A stretch of 64,000 nucleotides of DNA, taken from the NCBI RefSeq assembly GCF_006345805.1, contig NC_042998.1, positions 157,046,001 through 157,110,000 on the forward strand, given 5' to 3'. The notes beneath the pieces were generated by a model. It searched no databases. It saw only the letters and a program-made list of their open reading frames with translations, and had not been told where the DNA came from. The translations under genes were made by a program, and so were the position numbers. Positions within the stretch are counted from its first letter, which is position 1. Every line of letters begins with the position of its first letter. Below, in pieces: positions 54,842 to 64,000 of the stretch. Origin of the DNA: Octopus sinensis. Lineage: Eukaryota.

Positions 54842-54892
54842 CATACATCCATATATATAATATATATATATATATATATAAATATACATACA

Positions 54893-54931
<39 letters not shown>

Positions 54932-55170
54932 CTACATATATATATATACATACATACAATCTATATATATACATACATACTATATATATATATATATATG
55001 ATATATATACATACATACATATATTATATATATATTACAAGATACATAGATATATATATATATATATACATACATACATATATATATATATATAATATAT
55101 ACTACATACATACATTATATATATATATATATATATATACATACATCCATATATATATATATATATATAT

Positions 55171-55213
<43 letters not shown>

Positions 55214-55290
55214 CATATATTATCTGTATACATACATACATACATATAATATATGTATACATACATACATACATATATATATATGTATAC

Positions 55291-55340
<50 letters not shown>
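54227..55340. repeat. ~1.1 kb compound (TA)n/(TACA)n microsatellite
   Basis: Direct reading; the ORFs listed here are artefacts of the repeat. Confidence 0.95.
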
Positions 55341-55343
<3 letters not shown>

Positions 55344-55609
55344 TGCAATTAAGGACAACTACTTAATAAGGAAAACTTAACAAGAAATTGTCAGGTAGAT
55401 AGCGTAAAAACCTCATAAGAGAAAAAATTTCGAAAATAATTATTTCTTATTGAACATATTAATTTATATATAGAGGGCATAATTATACATACATGCCAGG
55501 AGGCATTATATATACATGCCAAACGCTAAGGGGACAATCAGTCATTTCTACCAAAAATATTACTAATCCCACCGAATGCAATTTTTCAAAGTAAGACATT
55601 TAAAAATAT

Positions 55610-57106
55610 AGGCCTGTATCACAGTGATTTCATACTTACGTAATCATCAGCAGGCCGAATGTATTATAAATAAACAACGACCCTGCCTCGCTTAAGCCGA
55701 ACAGCTAACTGATCAACATCAACGAAGCACATGGGTAGTTTATATATTACATCCGGGTGAATGGCAGACTTTTACAAAATTGCATTTCGGGAGAGGAAAA
55801 GTTTTTTCGGAATAAAAATTTTGCAATTAAGGACAACTACTTAATAAGGAAAACTTAACAAGAAATTGTCAGGTAGATAGCGTAAAAACCTCATAAGAGA
55901 AAAAATTTCGAAAATAATTATTTCCTATTGAACATATTAATTTATATATAGAGGGCATAATTATACATACATGCCAGGAGGCATTATATATACATGCCAA
56001 ACGCTAAGAGGGACAATCAGTCATTTCTATCTACCAAAAATATTACTAATCCCACCGAATGCAATTTTTCAAAGTAAGACATTTAAAAATATAGGCCTGT
56101 ATCACAGTGATTTCATACTTACGTACATCAGCAGGCCTGAATGTATTATAAATAAACAACGACCCTGCCTCGCTTAAGCCGACTACAGCTAACTGATCAA
56201 CATCAACGAAGCACATGGGTGAGTTTATATATATATACATCCGGGTGAATGGCAGACTTTTACAAAATTGCATTTCGGGAGAGGAAAAGTTTTTTCGGAA
56301 TAAAAATTTTGCAATTAAGGACAACTACTTAATAAGGAAAACTTAACAAGAAATTGTCAGGTAGATAGCGTAAAAACTCATAAGAGAAAAAATTTCGAAA
56401 ATAATTATTTCTTATTGAACATATTAATTTATATATAGAGGGCAATTATACATACATGCCAGGAGGCATTATATATACATGCCAAACGCTAAGAGGGACA
56501 ATCAGTCATTTCTACACCAAAATATTACTAATCCCCCACCAATGCAATTTTTCAAAGTAAGACATTTAAAAATATAGGCCTGTATCACAGTGATTTCATA
56601 CTTACGTAATCATCAGCAGGCCTGAATGTATTATAAATAAACAACGACCCTGCCTCGCTTAAGCCGAACAGCTAACTGATCAACATCAACGAAGCACATG
56701 GGTGAGTTTATATATATTACATCCGGGTGAATGGCAGACTTTTACAAAATTGCATTTCGGGAGAGGAAAAGTTTTTTCGGAATAAAAATTTTGCAATTAA
56801 GGACAACTACTTAATAAGGAAAACTTAACAAGAAATTGTCAGGTAGATAGCGTAAAAACCTCATAAGAGAAAAAATTTCGAAAATTAATATATCTTATTG
56901 AACATATTAATTTATATATAGAGGGCATAATTATACATACATGCCAGGAGACATTATATATACATGCCAAACGCTAAGAGGGACAATCAGTCATTTCTAC
57001 CAAAAATATTACTAATCCCACCGAATGCAATTTTTCAAAGTAAGACATTTAAAAATATAGGCCTGTATCACAGTGATTTCATACTTACGTAATCATCAGC
57101 AGGCCT
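55610..57106 (-). ncRNA. Four hammerheads (55610-55657, 56093-56139, 56576-56623, 57059-57106)
   Basis: Reverse complement of AGGCCTG-CTGATGA-TTAC-GTAA-GTAT-GAAA-TCAC-T-GTGA-TA/CAGGCCT; the 56.1 kb copy lacks 2 nt in the core. Confidence 0.85.
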
Positions 57107-57719
57107 GAATGTATTATAAATAAACAACGACCCTGCCTCGCTTAAGCCGAACAGCTAACTGATCAACATCAACGAAGCACATGGGTGAGTTTATATATAT
57201 TACATCCGGGTGAATGGCAGACTTTTACAAAATTGCATTTCGGGAGAGGAAAAGTTTTTTCGGAATAAAAATTTTGCAATTAAGGACAACTACTTAATAA
57301 GGAAAACTTAACAAGAAATTCGGTGGGATTAGTAATATTTTTGGTAGACATGACTGATTGTCCCTCTTAGTGTTTGGCATGTATATATAATGCCTCCTGG
57401 CATGTATGTATAATTATGCCCTCTATATATAAATTAATATGTTCAATAAGAAATAATTATTTTCGAAATTTTTTCTCTTATGAGGTTTTTACGCTATCTA
57501 CCTGACAATTTCTTGTTAAGTTTTCCTTATTAAGTAGTTGTCCTTAATTGCAAAATTTTTATTCCGAAAAAACTTTTCCTCTCCGAAATGCAATTTTGTA
57601 AAAGTCTGCCATTCACCCGGATGTAATATATATAAACTCACCCATGTGCTTCGTTGATGTTGATCAGTTAGCTGTTCGGCTTAAGCGAGGCAGGGTCGTT
57701 GTTTATTTATAATACATTC

Positions 57720-58248
57720 AGGCCTGCTGATGATTACGTAAGTATGAATCACTGTGATACAGGCCTATATTTTTAAATGTCTTACTTTGAAAAATTGCAT
57801 TCGGTGGGATTAGTAATATTTTTGGTAGAAATGACTGATTGTCCCTCTTAGCGTTTGGCATGTATATATAATGCCTCCTGGCATGTATGTATAATTATGC
57901 CCTCTATATATAAATTAATATGTTCAATAGAAATAATTATTTTCGAAATTTTTTCTCTTATGAGGTTTTTACGCTATCTACCTGACAATTTCTTGTTAAG
58001 TTTTCCTTATTAAGTAGTTGTCCTTAATTGCAAAATTTTTATTCCGAAAAAACTTTTCCTCTCCCGAAATGCAATTTTGTAAAAGTCTGCCATTCACCCG
58101 GATGTAATATATATAAACTCACCCATGTGCTTCGTTGATGTTGATCAGTTAGCTGTTCGGCTTAAGCGAGGCAGGGTCGTTGTTTATTTATAATACATTC
58201 AGGCCTGCTGATGATTACGTAAGTATGAAATCACTGTGATACAGGCCT
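57720..58248 (+). ncRNA. Two hammerheads (57720-57766 with GAA instead of GAAA; 58201-58248 intact)
   Basis: Same fold; predicted cleavage after the ATA ending at 58241. Confidence 0.85.
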
Positions 58249-58414
58249 ATATTTTTAAATGTCTTACTTTGAAAAATTGCATTCGGTGGGATTAGTAATA
58301 TTTTTGGTAGAAATGACTGATTGTCCCTCTTAGCGTTTGGCATGTATATATAATGCCTCCTGGCATGTATGTATAATTATGCCCTCTATATATAAAATAT
58401 ATATATATATTATA

Positions 58415-58452
<38 letters not shown>

Positions 58453-58686
58453 TATATACACATACATACATACATACATATATACAGACAACATATATTG
58501 TTCAATTAAATGGAGTCGTATGAAACGATCGTACTGCATTACCTCTGGATATCATTTTTGCTTATTTTGATTTTAATCACCTTATTTTGAAATTGTATGG
58601 ATAATACCATACTAAATTCTGATGCCTCAACCTAAGTACCATATTCATTTGAATCTAAATTTTTTACTGAACTTATCTACCATACC

Positions 58687-58717
<31 letters not shown>

Positions 58718-58726
58718 TATATATAT

Positions 58727-58769
<43 letters not shown>

Positions 58770-58773
58770 ATAT

Positions 58774-58827
<54 letters not shown>

Positions 58828-58974
58828 TTGTATACTGTCAACTTAACGTGACAGTCCTGTAAAGGAATTACACCACCGCTGTTTAGCCCTAGGAAGCATC
58901 GACGCTTCCTGTCGGCCTTGACATATTTCCTGTGTCCTTATATATTTACGAAGGGGAGACAAACACCCCCAACA

Positions 58975-59040
58975 GCTAGGCCTGCATCTAGAGACATGCA
59001 TGTTTCTGGGTCTTGCCCATCATCAAAGGCCTGCTAGCTG
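58975..59040 (-). ncRNA. Type I hammerhead (core UUGAUGA)
   Basis: TTGATGA-TGGG-caaga-CCCA-GAAA-CATGCATG-TC; stem I ambiguous. Confidence 0.7.
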
Positions 59041-59223
59041 AAGGTGAAATCTTTATTATAGGCACGATGGCCCGAATTAAGAGGGGACATTACAATACAG
59101 GACATGGGGTACATATAATAAAAAAATCGAAAAGTATGGTATGATAATGAATTATTTATAACGGGTTAATGGAATGTCTTACGAGTTCCCCAAGCTCGCA
59201 GTTTCATTTAAAATACAATTTTG

Positions 59224-60566
59224 TTATACTGGGCGTTCATCTGTAATGTGATCGAGTAACCTCTCCTGGTCTACAATAGCTGGCAAACTGTCAAAACGGA
59301 TATATTGCATTACGCATACAGCCGAAAACACACTTTTCAATTTCATCATTGTCTCTCTTTCCACAATCTCTGCCTTCACTTGGTCATCAAATATTTTGGG
59401 GTTTAACTTTACTCTGATTAAACTTTTCTTATTTGCTAACTTCTTTTCAAATTCTTTGTCCTTCTTGTACAATATTACCACTTTGAGATGAACGCCCTTG
59501 GGTCTTCCTCCTTCCTTACATACTTTTAACTGCTCTTCCACTCTTCTGTCCCATTCTTCCCCTGCCTTTAAATTTGCCGGTTCACTCGCTTTCGCTTCTG
59601 CATCCTTCTCTTCGTACGTTCGATCCTCCATCTCGTCGGTAGTCTTCTTTTTCGCTTTTTTCTTTATTTGTACTTTAGGTGGTGATTCCACCCGCGTTCT
59701 CTTTCTACCTTCTTTTCCTTCTGTTCTTTCCTTTTCTTCCTCCTTCACCAACTTGTCACCACTTTCCACATTATCTGTATTCACAATTTCTTCTTCTACA
59801 TTCGCCATTTGCAATTCCTCTGTCAGAGCCTCCAATGTTATCATCTCCTCTTGTACTTTTTTTTTCGGACACACATCCTTCATGTCTTACATGTGTAGCA
59901 CACTGGGGGTCTCCCCTCTACCACGACTCTGAGTCGTGTGTCGTCGGGGAACACCAACTCTTCTGGGATGTTATACATGTCTGGCATGGTTATGTGTACC
60001 AACGCTTGTACTGCATAACCCCACCACTTTACTTCCTTCGACCTTTCTATCTTCAATATCTCGACATTCTCCTTACAGTTAAATATTGTTGCTGCTATAA
60101 TTCGCTCCATTTTCAATTCTGATAAAATTTTGCTGATTCTTATTCTCACCGCTCGTCTTCCACAATAGCTAGGTAGTAATAGCCATTTTTCATTTTTCAG
60201 TATTTTCGTAGCGTTCTTCTTTGCTTCAGCTTCGTTCTCAAAATGAACTACCACCGTCGCGTACTTTCTACCTCTATTATAGAAGGTAGCTTTTTCTTCA
60301 ATCTCCTGCAAACACCTCTCAATTTCCTCCATCTCTGCCACTTCTATTTTCTTCGAAGCCACGTTCCACGTTCTATATGTCACAATACGCCTCTCTGCTT
60401 CTTTCACTTCGTCTTCTGGTAGTGTGACCCTCAGGCAGTCACCCTCCTTCTTGAAACTGTTGAAGTATTCCTTCAGGCTTTCCTTCTCGACGACCACTTC
60501 CTCCAACTGCAACTCGCTCGCAGCCAGACCCTTGCCTGCCGCTCCTCCATAAGTTTGGGTTTGCAT
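59224..60566 (-). pseudogene. ORF1-like protein with a small deletion in the zinc knuckle
   Basis: Continuous through HITMPDMYNIPEEL; frameshift at CYTCKT where the GH residues are lost. Confidence 0.75.
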
Positions 60567-60874
60567 TTTCGAAAAAAGAACTTCCACAATTCACCACGCC
60601 GAAACAGGTTCAACCAACGAATTCGAACTCACAACCGTGATACACAATAACCGTAATACAAAATAACCGACACCGAGGAAAAAATTCAAAAAGGCCTGCT
60701 CGCTGAAGATATTTGTCTAGACTTCGCAAATATATATATATTTTCAGTGAAGTTTATTCACTGATCACCAAAATCAGAAATATTAAATTTCTAAATATCT
60801 CATAGAGATATGTACGGTGGTGGAGCGATAGAGTGGTTGTATACTGTCAACTTAACGTGACAGTCCTGTAAGGG

Positions 60875-60907
<33 letters not shown>

Positions 60908-60917
60908 ATATATATAT

Positions 60918-61372
<455 letters not shown>

Positions 61373-61566
61373 GATATATATATATATACGCACAAAGCTA
61401 CACGCACATTTATTTATATGTATGTCTCTGTGTGTATTATGCGTGTGAGTGTGCTTCAGTATGTGTGAGTTTATATCACACACACATGCGCACACACACA
61501 CTTACACACACACACACACACACATACAGATGCTCTACATGTTCAGACACAAAACAAACCTCTGTG

Positions 61567-61607
<41 letters not shown>

Positions 61608-62499
61608 CATATCATATAAACTTACACATACTTACAGAAGCATACTCATACTCACACGCATGATACACACACAGACATGCATATATATATCCTGCATTCA
61701 TTATTGCTGTTTTATAGTTATGGACCACAGTCGTTCGACGAGGCGGATCCATTTTTTCGGTAATATGAATTACTTGCACCCGAATTCATGTGTAAGTGGT
61801 CGAGTATTGCACTGACAGGCTGTACCCTTTTGATTTACTGATAAATCCACCCGATGGGTTCTTTACAGAGTCCATTTACCTAGTTTTACTCAGAAAATTA
61901 TGGGTCAAGCCGAGGCTATAGAAATTGGCATTTGCCCAAGATACCACGCAGTGGGATAGAGCTCAAGACCACGTTGATGCGAAACCAACATTTTAATCAT
62001 ACGGCTATGACAATTCTTTGAAAATTAACCCAAATACCAAAGGCAAACGATTTAGTGTATTTACGTAATTACATTTATGAGAATTGTAGGAGTGGGCTGT
62101 AGCAACAACGTTATTATATACATCATACGGTAGATTATATCTTTTATATAACTGTGTTCACACACACACACATACATACATACACATATACACACACATA
62201 TGCACGTGTGTGTGTGCGCGCGCAACACACATGCGCGCACTAATTTATATACGTACATAAATTACTAATTTTTATACGTACATTCAAAAAAGTAATTAAT
62301 TTATCTGAAGAGAACGAGCACACTCCTCACTCAATAAGGACACTGGGCGAATGGCTCAAATCATTTTGTATTCTTGACAATATTTGAGGATGGAATTCAC
62401 GATGCGTCGTTTAAGTCAGTGTTAAATCGAAGTGAAATTGGGCCTATGTAACATCAAAATACGTATTAACTATTTACTGAATTGGATATTGAATTTTAT

Positions 62500-62795
62500 G
62501 CGTGCATGTATGCATGTATGCATGCATGTGTGTATGTATGTATGTATGTATGTATGTATGTATGTACGTATGCATGCATGCATGTATGTATGTTTGTATG
62601 CATGCATGTATGTATGCATGCATGTACGTCTGCATGCATGCATGTATGTATGTTTGTATGTATGTATGCATGTATGCATGCATGTACGTATGCATGTATG
62701 TATGTTTGTATGTACGTATGCTTGTATGCATGTTTGTATGTATGTATGTATGCATGTAGACATGCGTGCATACATGTATGTATGCGTGTATATGT
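62500..62795. repeat. Compound (TATG)/(CATG)n low-complexity tract
   Basis: Direct reading. Confidence 0.9.
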
Positions 62796-63628
62796 ATACA
62801 AGCACCACAAGTATTCGTTTATGTATATTGACATTAAAAGTAGGCTAGTTGATGATAACTTTTGTAAACGTTCAGAGCACGCGCGCGCGCGCACACACAC
62901 ACACACACACAATCACGCACACGCATACGCACGCACACATTGTGCAAGTGTGCATTTGCGCGTGTATGTGTGTGTATGGTTATGTGTATGAACGTAGTAT
63001 GTATGTGTATGTGTGCTCATGACAGTTTAAACGTTATGCCTATTTAGTCTTTATCGACCGATTGTATGCGTTTATGACTAACTGTGGTTACGTACATTAG
63101 ATTATATACATTTCTAATACAATTTATTAAGAGTTTTATGCCTTTGTACAATACAAACAATAGCTAAATACAATAACTATACAATATTTACAATGAATAA
63201 CAAAATACCGCATGGTATTTAGTCCATGACCATTAACATAACAATTTCTGACTGGCCCGGTGCCACATATACGAAGAAAAAGGCTGCTAGTCAACTAAAT
63301 CGATCTCGGGAGTTTTTTTTAGCGATCTCTGAAGGATGTAAGTTTCAGGTGACCTGGGCAGGTCGTGAACTCAGATCATAAAGGGCCGCAATTAAATATC
63401 ACGAAGCATTTTGTCTGATATTCAAACAGTTCCGCTGCTAACACTTTCTAACATAGGCACAAAACTTAGGGTTGGATATAATCGATGAAATCGATCCTGA
63501 AAGCAAACACGATCTCGATGGGACTTAAACTCAGAACAAAATAATTTCTGTATTTCGCCACGAGGGCCTCGTCAATACAAAACATTGCGGTATAAATAAC
63601 ATAATAAACAAAGTGTTTTGCTTCTTAC

Positions 63629-63992
63629 CTTTGAGATCGTCCACAGCAATTACAGTGTCGTTATTAACATCTAAGTTTTGAAATGCTTCTTTGACAACAG
63701 CCAGGCGAATTCCTGTCAGTGGTGGGCGTAACTTATGCATGAATTCACCAAAATCAATAGTTTTATTATTGTCTATATCTATGGCATTGAAAAGTATAAG
63801 CAGATCAGAATCGCTAATCTCAATTCCATATCTCTGGATACCGAGTTTCAGTTCATCGAAGCATAATCTTTTAGAAAAATCGATGTCCATTGATCGGAAA
63901 ATGAGACCCAGACCTTTAATACCTGATGTACATCCCCGTTTAATGCATTCATTTCGAAGAAATTCGATGAGTTTTTGTGCCCTCTCTTCCAT
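63629..63992 (-). CDS. CAPSL: Calcyphosin-like EF-hand protein, upstream coding exon
   Basis: RG..GIKGLG.IFRSMD...FGEFMHKLRPP...AFQNLDVNND.VIAVDDLK with three EF-hand-like loops; donor G|GTAAG at 63628, phase 1. ATG at 63992, but the frame may continue beyond the window. Confidence 0.85.
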
Positions 63993-64000
63993 TGTCAAGC

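Larger units (their letters stand above)
55341..58394. repeat. ~483 bp tandem satellite with one hammerhead per unit (retrozyme-like), inverted at 57320
   Basis: Units start at ~55341, 55819, 56306, 56789, 57273; inverted units at 57321, 57803, 58284; (TA)n on both flanks. Confidence 0.92.
58821..60875 (-). mobile_element. Second, diverged copy of the HHR/LTR-like ORF1 element
   Basis: 3' repeat 58821-~58990; truncated 5' repeat ~60780-60875; HHR ~58975-59040; ORF 59224-60566; flanked by (GA)n/(TA)n and (TA)n. Confidence 0.85.

Noticed and set aside
54132-55358. Many Y/I/M/C-rich ORFs (also at 46940-47174, 51621-52059 and 62432-62991)
   Set aside because: Translations of microsatellites.
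55341-58394. CRISPR-like or centromeric interpretation of the tandem array
   Set aside because: Whole units are repeated with no unique spacers; the short array, internal inversion and per-unit hammerhead fit a retrozyme-like origin better.

Overview
AT-rich, microsatellite-dense eukaryotic DNA. The SINE content resembles an octopus/cephalopod genome (inference). The only host gene recognised is a minus-strand calcyphosin-like EF-hand gene: an upstream exon at 63629-63992 splices in phase to a last exon at 23308-23546 across a ~40 kb intron. The rest is mostly mobile DNA: Penelope-like elements (PLEs), Tc1/mariner remnants and MITEs, Helitrons, RTE- and RLE-type LINE ends, and several SINE families. 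The notable signal is a set of hammerhead-ribozyme (HHR) retroelements. (i) A 5'-truncated GIY-YIG PLE forms a ~7 kb palindrome and is followed by an HHR with a long stem II. (ii) An RT-less family has LTR-like repeats, an HHR and an L1/Tx1-ORF1-like zinc-knuckle ORF (8.6-12.9 kb and 58.8-60.9 kb; a diverged ORF relative lies at 36-37 kb). (iii) A ~483 bp tandem satellite has a type-I HHR in each unit (55.3-58.4 kb). (iv) Further HHR-bearing or fold-back units lie at 24.2, 28, 50.4 and 61 kb. Six elements share a head-to-head 5' inversion and most sit in (TA)n, suggesting one PLE-type machinery mobilising several cargo RNAs. All calls come from manual reading; no search or folding program was run, and long-read indel or fold-back artefacts are not excluded.
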